From Nemertoderma westbladi (lineage: Eukaryota > Animalia > Xenacoelomorpha): a stretch of DNA of 64,000 bases. The stretch spans positions 19,760 to 83,759 of the forward strand of contig JAUCBJ010007881.1 in NCBI GenBank assembly GCA_032718475.1, given 5' to 3'. The translations under genes were made by a program, and so were the position numbers. Below, piece after piece: positions 49,656 to 62,238 of the stretch. Position 1 is the stretch's first letter. Each line of letters opens with the position of its first letter. The notes beneath the pieces are model-generated. The model did not search any database. It had not been told where the DNA came from and was given only the letters and a program-made list of their open reading frames with translations.

Positions 49656-50819
49656 TGTTCGCGCTTTTAGACCTTTAGCAGTTTAACCTGCCAATTTTAG
49701 TTGTCCTCTTGTTTATAAATCGACTTTAGCCTATATCGATTATTTAGTGTACTGAAGTTACATTAGCCGAAGCCAGTCTGTGCGCGATCATTCACCCACA
49801 GTTAAGGGAGACTGGATTCGGGTGCTTTGAAAGTTATTGCAATGTAGACCTACTGTATTATTCGATTGATCGTTACTATATAATCTCTGACAATATATTT
49901 ATTTTCGGGGAAATATTAACAGTTCCTTTAGGACGTGGCACTTTAAGTATAAAAACAGAGTTATGATTTGGACTAATCACAACGAGATGGCCACAGAGTT
50001 TCGTAAATAGCGCATTCTTTAGGAGATGCTTTATTATCTGTCACACTACTTCACACGACTTCACACTACTTCGCACTGATCTGCCGACCGTCAATGAATT
50101 TGATCATATATAAGGAGGATCGCAACTGACACATGTATTGATTATGAAATAGCATTTAATTCACACAAAAACCACTATAATGTAAGTCGCAATTGCTACC
50201 GGTAACCTGTTCCTCTTACCTTCAGTAATCAAGAAGATTGGGGGTTTTATGATTATTTATCGGTATTCTCCAAATATAACAACATATCCATCAATATAAC
50301 AACAATTAATAACAGACCGTAAACAGAAGTAAAATAATGCGGTGAACAGTCAGTATGTGTTACATAATGCAGTTATGAAATGTGTATCCAAGTAAGGTAG
50401 TTAGTTGAATTGAATTGAGTATGATCAGGTGTGAGCCGGTGCTCCAGGATAATAGATTTACATTCTTATAATCAAAGAAATCTAATGTTTAGGCCAAAGT
50501 CTGAAACTTCCAAAACAGAAGTACAGAAGATTCCAAGCCGGTTCTGAGGCTCAGAAAGGTAAACAAAGACCGTAATGCATTGCGCGGGTTTCCATAGGCC
50601 CCTGTCCAACATAAAGTGAAAATCGCTCTGATTGGCTGAATAGGCAGAACAAAGAGGTTCCACGTCTACAGGAAATCAGCTGACAGATTTCGTCATCTGA
50701 GCTCCAATCTTTTAGAGTATTATGGGCATTGCGGCAAAAATGACTTGTTATGTCCGCAAAAGCACCTACACTGCGCATTGCGGGAAAAATGACTTGTTAT
50801 GTCCGCAAAAGCTTTTACA
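49656..50819 (-). repeat. 5' LTR of outer element
   Basis: Direct repeat of 23183-24352 with scattered substitutions and small indels; followed by TSD AGCCG. Confidence 0.95.
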
Positions 50820-52120
50820 AGCCGTAACGCTTCAAGTAGCCGCAAAGTGACTTTTAGAGTACGAACTTAACGCGACTTGGAAAGTCGCGTTACGGCCACT
50901 TTCCCAAAAAATTAGCCGTAGCGTGACATTAGCCGTATACCAAGTGTATAGTAACTCCATACGCATGCGTATGTCTATTGTTATAATCTGGCGACTTATT
51001 TTTATTGCGGTCTAACCCACAACTATCTCGTACTCATTTAGCCACTATTATATTCCCGTTCACTTCACATCCAACGGAGAGTGGTAAACTACTGTACATG
51101 TTGACAGGGGAGTTTGGTTCCAATAGTTAGTCTACTGTACCGGTATTGAAGCGGTATTCATGCGGTACACTACCGCTGAGCCTTTTAGCGGTAGCCCGTT
51201 CACACCCAACGGTATCGCGGTAACTGTTGGTCCATTTGTTCACAGTTAACTTAACAGTCTAGAAAGACATTTTATTAACATTATTTCAATGGGCAGCGGT
51301 AAACAGCGCGGTGTACCGTTCCGTGGAGTGCGAACACACCTTTAAGTTTGCAAGACAGAGATGCGCCCTAGCTAGTCCCTTTAAAGCATTCGTGCCGAAT
51401 CGAAAACTACCCTGATCGCCATGCAGGGATCGAACCCACTATTTATTTATATCAAAATTGTGAGAACATCACAAAAAACACCTGTTGTAATCGACATACC
51501 ATTGTGATATAAAGGGCTCCTGGAATAGGAGGTAATGGGGGGGGGGGGGGGGGGTAATCGTAATGAAATTAAAATGTATCCCTCTCCAGGGGAAATTCGA
51601 CTGAGATACTACAAGTATGTCCTGAATAAATTCCATATTCTAGAAGTCCTTGCTGTATGCTGTAGCTATAGGACGTAACCTGTTAGGCGGAAGGCAACCA
51701 TATAAATTTCACTTGAAAATATAAATTCGAATTATTTATAATTATTATAATTAATTATTATTCTAATTAAATCCACTCCACATATTTGTGTTATATAGTA
51801 CTCGTGAAATACGATTCTAATTGGTAAATTGGTAAATATTGTTTTTAAAAATTATAAACTTCAGTTTAACCTCCAGGAATATACCCCAGGTTATAAAATG
51901 TTCATTGATGACAATAAGTCGACATGTTAACATTAAGCTTACATATTGTACTGCAAATAAAGTAATTTATTTACCGTCACATCCCTCGTTCTATCTTATT
52001 GATCTCGCTCCCTGCGCTCGGTCGGTAAATAAGTGCAATGTGCTGTAAATTATGGATATTTTATTTACAGTACAATCAACTTCAACCCCAATTTATTTAG
52101 TTGTTTTTATAGGATTCATC

Positions 52121-53510
52121 TTCATGGATATTACTCCATTCATGGATATTACTCCATTCATGGATATTACTCCATTCATGGATATTACTCCATTCATGGA
52201 TATTACTCCATTCATGGATATTACTCCATTCATGGATATTACTCCATTCATGGATATTACTCCATTCATGGATATTACTCCATTCATGGATATTACTCCA
52301 TTCATGGATATTACTCCATTCATGGATATTACTCCATTCATGGATATTACTCCATTCATGGATATTACTCCATTCATGGATATTACTCCATTCATGGATA
52401 TTACTCCATTCATGGATATTACTCCATTCATGGATATTACTCCATTCATGGATATTACTCCATTCATGGATATTACTCCATTCATGGATATTACTCCATT
52501 CATGGATATTACTCCATTCATGGATATTACTCCATTCATGGATATTACTCCATTCATGGATATTACTCCATTCATGGATATTACTCCATTCATGGATATT
52601 ACTCCATTCATGGATATTACTCCATTCATGGATATTACTCCATTCATGGATATTACTCCATTCATGGATATTACTCCATTCATGGATATTACTCCGTTCA
52701 TGGATATTACTCCGTTCATGGATATTACTCCATTCATGGATATTACTCCATTCATGGATATTACTCCATTCATGGATATTACTCCATTCATGGATATTAC
52801 TCCATTCATGGATATTACTCCATTCATGGATATTACTCCATTCATGGATATTACTCCATTCATGGATATTACTCCATTCATGGATATTACTCCATTCATG
52901 GATATTACTCCATTCATGGATATTACTCCGTTCATGGATATTACTCCATTCATGGATATTACTCCATTCATGGATATTACTCCATTCATGGATATTACTC
53001 CATTCATGGATATTACTCCATTCATGGATATTACTCCATTCATGGATATTACTCCATTCATGGATATTACTCCATTCATGGATATTACTCCATTCATGGA
53101 TATTACTCCATTCATGGATATTACTCCGTTCATGGATATTACTCCATTCATGGATATTACTCCATTCATGGATATTACTCCATTCATGGATATTACTCCA
53201 TTCATGGATATTACTCCATTCATGGATATTACTCCATTCATGGATATTACTCCATTCATGGATATTACTCCATTCATGGATATTACTCCATTCATGGATA
53301 TTACTCCATTCATGGATATTACTCCATTCATGGATATTACTCCATTCATGGATATTACTCCATTCATGGATATTACTCCATTCATGGATATTACTCCATT
53401 CATGGATATTACTCCATTCATGGATATTACTCCATTCATGGATATTACTCCATTCATGGATATTACTCCATTCATGGATATTACTCCATTCATGGATATT
53501 ACTCCGTTCA
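52121..53510. repeat. 18-bp minisatellite (TTCATGGATATTACTCCA)n, ~77 copies
   Basis: Direct reading. Confidence 0.97.
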
Positions 53511-54840
53511 TTACGTTGTTAACATAACTAACCCTTTAGGAAAATCCGAAGTACAGCATACTGCCACCACTTATAAGGGTGTAGGTGAGGTGTAAAACGT
53601 TACATTTGATTTACAATGACATAACACATATTTAATATATTTTAACAATATTTATTTCAGATATTAGGAGAAGAAGTACAACGAAAATGAAGTTGAAAAA
53701 CACAAGACAACAAGACTCGACTCTACAAAGAATATAAAACTGCGTCCATACAAAACTTCTACAAAATAACATTATATAAATACAGAGTAATACAATATTG
53801 GGTCGTCAATATATATATAATCATACAAAATAAAATAATCTTATACTAATAATAATTTATTATGACCTGTAAAACAATTGAATTAATTAACTGTTGACTT
53901 CTGGTTAATTTTAAGTCTTAATTAAATAAACGTTGAAATGTTTACTCGCAAACAACTCACACAAGTTTTTTGTGTAAAATTAACCAACTTTGAACACGTC
54001 ACCCATGCAGCAGTCTGTCACTGGGTCTCTTTTACCAGAGGCTGATAGTCAGTCTAGGAGCGAGTGTAGGCCTACTGATACACTCTAAATGTTAGGTGGA
54101 CAGAATTTAAAGAGGTGCCGGGTGAGATAGGGTTGAATTGTAGAAGAGGTAAAGTAGTTGGTAGATGGAAGAACCTCTAATATTCCATTCAAAAATATTA
54201 ATTTCTTTACATCATAACGCGCTTTAGCCCTTATAAGTATAAAGTATAATCGTTTAATAGTAAGGTAATGAAGAAAAGAAGTGTCATTGCTAGGTTACGG
54301 CGTATGAAGAACAAACTTTTATTCATAAATTCGTACATTGTTTCTCAACGATGGAGATGTATTTATATAGGCAGAAATCTGTCAACCCTGATCTCTCGTT
54401 CTAAACGAATGCTCTTGCTCAGTTACTACCAGCTGACATCCAAATGTAAAAGCGATGCGAAACAAAGTCAATATCCTAGACCTTCCTGATTAATCCAGTC
54501 GAGTACGAACTCGATTCGGCATGCTAGGAAGTAGTCGAAGTGTAAATTTTATACCTAAAATTTCAACAATATTGTGACTCTATAACAATTGTAGTTGGCC
54601 TCCTCTCTGGTCAGGAACGACAGCCAAAACAAGTTAAGAAACTAAAATATCGCCATACCTTAACGTAAGTATCAGTTGACTGCTGCCCGTTGCTCATTGG
54701 TTATACATATCTGTGCTATCACCAGTACCCTAGCCTTAGTATATTCGATTTTTAGTGAATCATGATTCTTTACTTAACAATTAACAAAATAAGTACAACT
54801 AATTACTGTAACTAAATACGACCAAGTTTTTCACATTAAA

Positions 54841-55194
54841 TTAAACTGTTGAATTAGGATGAGAGGTGTATTTCGGTACTCCATCATATTTCATGAAGGT
54901 TACATCCTGATTAGTTAGGAATGTATTCCTTTGGTTGGTATAGTTCGCTACATCCGTATAACTGTGACTGGTAGAAGAATCCATCGACGGCTGCATTGAG
55001 ATGTTTCCCGTAGAGAGGTTAGGGGCTGACATTGCCAGATACTGGGAGAATGCCGGTTCACATGTAACTGGTGTCACATCCATGGGAAGCGGAACTACGA
55101 GCGAATCTTGTTTCCTTTGTTTCTGTTTTGAATGAATTTTGGTATGTCTTTTTTTCTCGTCTGATCGCGCAAACTTCCTTCCACATGTTTCGCA
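54841..55194 (-). CDS. egr: EGR-family transcription factor, exon 3
   Basis: TTTTAG|TGC acceptor, phase 0; third finger [21 protein letters not shown], then a Ser/Thr-rich tail to TAA. Confidence 0.93.
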   Translation of the reverse strand, partial: CETCGRKFARSDEKKRHTKIHSKQKQRKQDSLVVPLPMDVTPVTCEPAFSQYLAMSAPNLSTGNISMQPSMDSSTSHSYTDVANYTNQRNTFLTNQDVTFMKYDGVPKYTSHPNSTV

Positions 55195-55486
55195 CTAAAA
55201 CATAATAATATCACGGAATATGAGGCGATATTATAGTCGGAAATCTAATATACAGCAAAGCACACTGTTCAGGGTACTGATAGCACAGATGTAACCAATG
55301 ACTGACTGTTGATTCTCACCTGACCTTAGAGAAACAAATATCACTAACGGTGGCCCGCTCTTGATTTTTCCACCTTTGGAATATTTCAAAGATCAAGAGA
55401 TATTTATCTGGTAAGATTTCGAAATGACAATTCATTCCCTAATAACTAGTAAACTGGACAAATACGGATTACCAAACAAATCTCTA

Positions 55487-55815
55487 AAGGCCATGATACT
55501 CCACAGGAGCGGCGAGCGGCCGCGTCAAGCGGCCACTTTTTAAAAATAGAACACATTACTTTCTATGGGTGTAGATACACCACAAATGGCCGCTGCCGCT
55601 CGCCGCTGCTCTGGGTATTATACCAAAAGTCGCCGTTCACATCGGCCGCTCACATCGGCCGCTCACATCGGCCGCTCACATCGGCCGCTCACATCGGCCG
55701 CTCACATCGGCCGCTCACATCGGCCGCTCACATCGGCCGCTCACATCGGCCGCTCACATCGGCCGCTCGCCCGTCGCCGCGGCCGCTCGCCGCTCCTGTG
55801 GTGTATCATGGTCTT
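55487..55815. mobile_element. MITE (paralog of 19103-19418) within a LINE remnant in egr intron 2
   Basis: Same TIRs; more copies of the 13-bp CACATCGGCCGCT unit. Confidence 0.75.
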
Positions 55816-56349
55816 TAAGAAGCTTCAATATGTTCAGAATAGTGCTGAAAGACTACTGTGTGGTTTCCGTAAACGGGAACGTATAACGCCAGTTAAAAAC
55901 TCCTTCATTGGCTTCCGATTACTCACAGAATTTACTATAAAATTGCGTTATATACGGCAAGCGTTGTTTCTTTTAGCGCTGCACACAAAATAGGGAACGC
56001 CCTGCCTCTAGAAATTTTATCGACTACGTCAATCGATGTAATTAAAAAGAGGTAATTAAAAACAAATTATGTAAGTTTGGAATATCCCTCCTAGTTTTTG
56101 CAGAGAACTCCGTTTATGCAGGTATCACACTCATGTTTTTAACAATTTTTTAATGATTTTTATTTATTGAGCATTATTTATAATAAGTAATCAAACTGAA
56201 CTACAGTAAATTATTTTTTGTGACGCCTAGTTTGGTAATTTATTTTTGTTAGAATTATCAAACCATGCCCATATATAATTATGTTTTTGTTTTTTTGGTA
56301 ACAATTCCGTATAGCATTACATTTTTATAACATTAATTATTGTTACCAT

Positions 56350-58945
56350 GGCAACAATGTAGAGTTCTAGAACAAAATATAAATATTATACACTATTCTA
56401 GAACATCAATAAAATAAAAAATATAATGTTCTAGAACATATAGCTAGTTATTTTTCAAATTTAACATTACAAGTGCACAAAAGTCAAATTAAGCAATTAA
56501 ATGACGGAGACAAATAAGAAAAATATACGACGCCAGAGCTTTGTGTCAGGAGTGCATTATCTATGAAGATAAATTATCCCTAAAACTGACAGAATACATG
56601 TGGAGGCTACATATAAGAAAAGGAAAGTTGAACGGATTCCATGAGATATTAAAGGCCAACAAAAGCCAATAAATACCCAATGGATAAATAAACTAATTAG
56701 TTACATCAGTAAACAAAAAGTTTAAAATCAATAGGCCTAGTAATTTTAAATGTATTCAGAAATTTATTTAAAAATAAATTTATTCTTAGATTGTTACTTT
56801 TTCGCTCGAATCTAGACCAAAATCGGGAGAAAAAGTTGCACTTTCAGGATTGCATTGATTTTACTTTTTTCCCGGCGAAAAAAGTAAAATAAAATATTTT
56901 TGGTGGAATTTCTTAAATTTTGTCAAATGTGTTCAAAGAGCATTGACGTAGAAAAAGTTTGCACGTAATTTGAGCAAAATCCATCCACGCACTCAAAAGT
57001 TATGGCAAACTTAGTGCCTGTGCGGCGTACTCAAAAATGGAACTGAATATCCAATATTGTTTTATGTTCTAAAGCGGCTCTCTACAGTGCAGTAGTTACG
57101 TAATAAATATAAGTGAACACTAAATTATTTAACATTGAGTAAGGCAGCATCAGGAGTTGAATAGTACAATAAATTGAATCACAGTAACTATGGAAGCAAT
57201 ATAGTAAAATATTATAGTTCAATTTATTTTGTACTTCTATATCGCTGTACGTTTTATTAAAGAATTAAGCAACAAAAAAGTACCAATTTAAAAATAAAAT
57301 TACGTATTACATGGGAAAAAAAAGTAGGACATTTTTTTTCAATATTCTCTCGACCCTTTATTAACCTCGCTAACGCTCGGTAAATAAAATGCCTCGAGAA
57401 TAGTGAAAAAAAGTTCTACTTTTTTCCCATGTAATAGATAATTATTTTATTAAATTTACTACCTATTTTAAAATTTAAAACAACAACTTAAAAGGCTATA
57501 TGTTCTAGAACATTGTAATTTGATTTTAAAATTTTTTTATAATTTTTTCTTGTGAAAAAGGCTATTATCATGAGTTTTTTGTTCTAGATCAAATAATTTT
57601 CCTTCTGTAAGTAAGATGGTAGCTAGTAATTTTGATTGTGTTAGCTTAAGTACTTTTTATATGATATTAAAAATATAACTTACTTAATTAGAACATCAAA
57701 CTACTGTGTGGAGAACGAATTGTAGAACATCAAACTGTGTGTTTGTGTGTTATTATAAGTTCTAAGTAAAATTCTGCAGTTTCTAAGAGGTCTAATCATA
57801 TAAAAAATGACGATATTTTTAATAAGGGTTATATGATGATTCTTGTACTATTTAATTTTTTTCAAAAATGTTCTAGAATTAAAGAAAACTGTTCTAGAAT
57901 AAAAATATTTATCAAAATTGATAGCCAACACGTGTTCTATAACATTTATAAAAAATAAGTTGAAAAATCTAGCTAGTACAAAAAATAAAAAATGTGTTCT
58001 AGAACCAAAAATGTGTTCTAGAACAAAAAATGTGTTCTAGAACAAAAATATTTTTATCAAAATTGATAGCTATCACATCTTCTGTAACATTTATTAAAAA
58101 ATAGCAAAATTTAGCTAGTATAAAAAATCTGGTCAATGAGTACCCAAGGTGTACCAATGCCAACTTTTCAACGTTGCGATTGTTACTGGAATTTAGAACT
58201 GTGCAAGCGCATAGTAGTGGGTCTAATACATTGTATATACACAAACGTAATTAATTATATTAATTATACGAATGTACGAAACGAATGATTATACTCTATA
58301 TAGAAGATTCTGCCCGTAGAAATAATAAAACTGCAACAATATAATTTCTACGGCATTTTTCTACTATTCGTATTCTACAATACGGAATAAATTCTCCGAC
58401 GTCACAAAAATATCATTAGGGGACAGAAACTGACGGATTCTAAGCGAATTTCGCAAACGTCGGGAATTGTTGACATTAGAAGACCTTTGCTACCGTACCC
58501 CGTACCCATTGACCATTCTTTTTATACTAGCTAGTTTTTACAATTATATTATAAATTATTTATATTAGATGACAGTAAATGTTCTAGAACATGTTAGATG
58601 TCAATTTAAAAAATAATATTGTTCTAGTAATTAATAATAAACTAATAATTACTAGCTACAATGACTCATAAATCATTCCAGACAAATTAAATTGAGGATT
58701 AAATTATAATCTTATTATTTTACTAGCTAATACAAAGTACTACCGGTTATAATACCAAATCAAAATTACTAGCTACCATCTTACTGTCTGAAGTTTAAAT
58801 ATTTGTTCTAGAACAAAAAACAGCATTTTCACAATAAAAATTGAATAAATTTGTGGCACTTGCGTGGTTGAAGCGTCAGAATTCCAAACTGTATGTCACC
58901 AGTTCAGTTCATGTTATAGAATTCTACGACACAATTGTTCTAGAT
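56350..58945. repeat. AT-rich foldback-like repeat rich in GTTCTAGAAC palindromes (also ~19980-22130)
   Basis: More than 10 TTCTAGAA copies; inverted pair AGTAAGATGGTAGCTAGTAATTTTGATT (~57610) / AATCAAAATTACTAGCTACCATCTTACT (~58758). Confidence 0.6.
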
Positions 58946-59142
58946 GAACAAAGTAATTCCTAAGTATCAATAAATATAAATGCGCCACAGATGTAAAAAT
59001 ATGTGATGTAGATAATCCCTAATTCTCCCCCTCCCGCTTAGGAATAAAAATCTATAAGAAATATAAAAATAATTACTTTGATTTTTTATTCAAAAAGCGT
59101 TAAAAAGTGATAATAATCTCCGCCGGTAAGTAAAAATATTTA

Positions 59143-60084
<942 letters not shown>

Positions 60085-60681
60085 TTATATTATTTAATAT
60101 TGTACTTGTGGAGTACGATGCGTTGGCGAACGAATAATTGCCCATTTAAAAATTAATCCATTTTTTGTTGTATGGTGGTAAGTCAGAAACATGTAGAAAC
60201 CGAAAGTTTTTATTTGAAAACGGTGCAGACCGCGACAGACGAATGAGGATAGGCAAATGGTTATGAAGACAATTAAGTATGAAGGCAGATAGATAGGTAG
60301 TCAAGCAAGCCAGGCAGGTAGGCAGGCACTTAGACAGACATCAGGCAGACTAGCAGGTGGGCAGTCTACAGGTCTAAGCAGGCAGGTAGGCAGCCAGTTA
60401 GTTAGACATGCATCAGGCAGGAAAGGAAGGTGGGCAGTTAGGCAGGCAGTTAGACAGGCCTCAGTAACACAAGAAGGCAAGCAGGAAGTCCGTCAAGCAA
60501 GAAGGTAGGCAGGCAGGCATATATTAAAAATGGACAAGTGGTGCAAACAGAAACAGATATGTTCGAAATAATGGTGGCAGACCGACAGAAACTGACCCGC
60601 AGGCAGACATTCAAGCGTAAAACAATGTAAGCTTCGCCCATTGTATGGCTCGCCCCTATGCCCTGCTGCTCATGTACTAAC

Positions 60682-60868
60682 CTTGATCTTCAAAGTTTAA
60701 TACTTGGCTGAGGAACAGCTGTTCAGTAGCAGTCGTAACCGTGGGAGTGTTGAGAGGAAAGTCGGAATCCATGCTGCAAGCTGTGCTATCGGGCATTGAT
60801 AAACTACCCCTGTTGTACGCGTAAAAAACCTCGGATTGGTATTCAGTTAAATGTGCCGCTAATTCCAT
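60682..60868 (-). CDS. egr: EGR-family transcription factor, coding exon 1
   Basis: MELAAHL...; AAG|GTTAGT phase-1 donor joins exon 2 in frame; total 481 aa. Confidence 0.8.
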
Positions 60869-61059
60869 TACTTTACGAAACTTTCTCTCAGCTCCACATT
60901 AAATCCTCCTTGATCAGACAAGGTGAATTAAAATAAAAATACAGTTTCAAACACTTTACATAAAAATATATTCGTAAAATAAATAAAGTATTCCAAAACT
61001 TTGATTTAGCAACTTCTCAGTGAATGAAACCAAGTTGTTAATGAAAGAGTTGTAAGCAT

Positions 61060-61320
61060 GTGGTTATATCGTTGGTTGAAATACTTATTCTCACACCATA
61101 TAAGGAGTGTTACTACGTATTTGTAGCCAATCCGTGGAGTGTAGTATTGCGTCGTCCCAGTGATTCCATTGACGTCAATCTACGTCAATTGAATATAAAT
61201 AACCGGATTGCAACGCTTTGGGTTGCGTTGGGAATTCGCAGGCAGATTTCTACTGAGCTTAGCTTAGCTACGCGGTAAGCCATTTGCCCATGTGTGCCAT
61301 GCCATATTGGGAAGTTGCAT
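61060..61320 (-). promoter_or_regulatory. egr promoter: TATA-like box, CArG/SRE and CRE
   Basis: TATAA on the minus strand at ~61064-61068; perfect CArG CCATATAAGG at 61096-61105; palindromic CRE TGACGTCA at 61170-61177 plus a CGTCA half-site; CArG-like CCATATTGGG overlapping an ETS core GGAAG at ~61302-61314. Confidence 0.7.
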
Positions 61321-62238
61321 AGGCGAGCTATCCAACTATTGTTGGCTACGCAATTACTGTGGAAAATCTCATGGCTTTGTCATCACAATTCATTCAAGTA
61401 ATAAAAAAATTGTTTTATATTATTCGATATTATAGTCAATAAATAAGTAGGTACCAGTACTGTATGTTTACGGGAATATAATGTAATCACGTATTACTAC
61501 ATAACTAAATGTATAGTAATAGTCGTTGGGCCAAAATACGATCCATTTACCTCAACTTGTATTGTACGCAATACACGTCGGTTTAATAGGATTTCGTAAA
61601 GAAAACAGGAGCTGTAATCCTGGAAAATCATTTACATGATATTATCGCAAGTAAATTTACACAGATTTTATAAACGGCTGAGGAAATCCACCATTTTCTC
61701 AATAATACTACTACTCAATCGAGCGAGCTTGGACATTGGAAATGAGTTTCATTTCAACCATATTCACATAAAGAATTAAAATTCACAAATCACGCCACTA
61801 GATCCACAACATTAAGAAACTATTCCATCCCCCGAACTAGGTTACTGTCAACGCCACTTTCATTAATATGCCGTGGTGCTATTATATGGAACTCAATGGA
61901 TATCAAACAAATTTAGTCAAAATATTCATTAGCCCAAAAATCAAAAATAACACTACAGTAGTACGCGTAATACTAAAACGCCTTTCCCTACCAAACAATA
62001 ATAAATTACACTACTGAGAAACCATCTTAGCGAACAATTATAATTATCCTTTAGCTGTTATATAGGACTATCCTGATATTGGCTTCCGAAAATGATGGCT
62101 TCTGACGCCCACACACTGACACAGACACACTGACACACACTCCAACTAACAGACTTTTGGAAAACGGCCATCATCGTTTGCCGTAACAACTTGATTGAAA
62201 CAAACAGAGTGTCTGCGGATGTACTACCACCACAAAAC

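Larger units (their letters stand above)
23183..50819 (-). mobile_element. Outer BEL/Pao LTR retrotransposon, degraded and internally deleted
   Basis: ~1.17-kb LTRs TGT...ACA at both ends; TSD AGCCG at 23178-23182 and 50820-50824; gag-PR-RT remnants on the minus strand. Confidence 0.95.
22822..58299. repeat. Segmental duplication copy B (native egr copy), interrupted by nested LTR elements at 23183-50824
   Basis: 22822-23182 and 50825-58299 align colinearly with 14818-21811. Confidence 0.9.

Noticed and set aside
52033-53595. 470-520 aa ORFs (HGYYSI)n, (MDITPF)n, (MNGVIS)n
   Set aside because: Same minisatellite, open in several frames on both strands; no evidence of coding.
55565-55993. 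ORF with SHRPLTSAAHIGR repeats (also 19181-19489)
   Set aside because: Read-through of a 13-bp repeat in a MITE into a LINE remnant.
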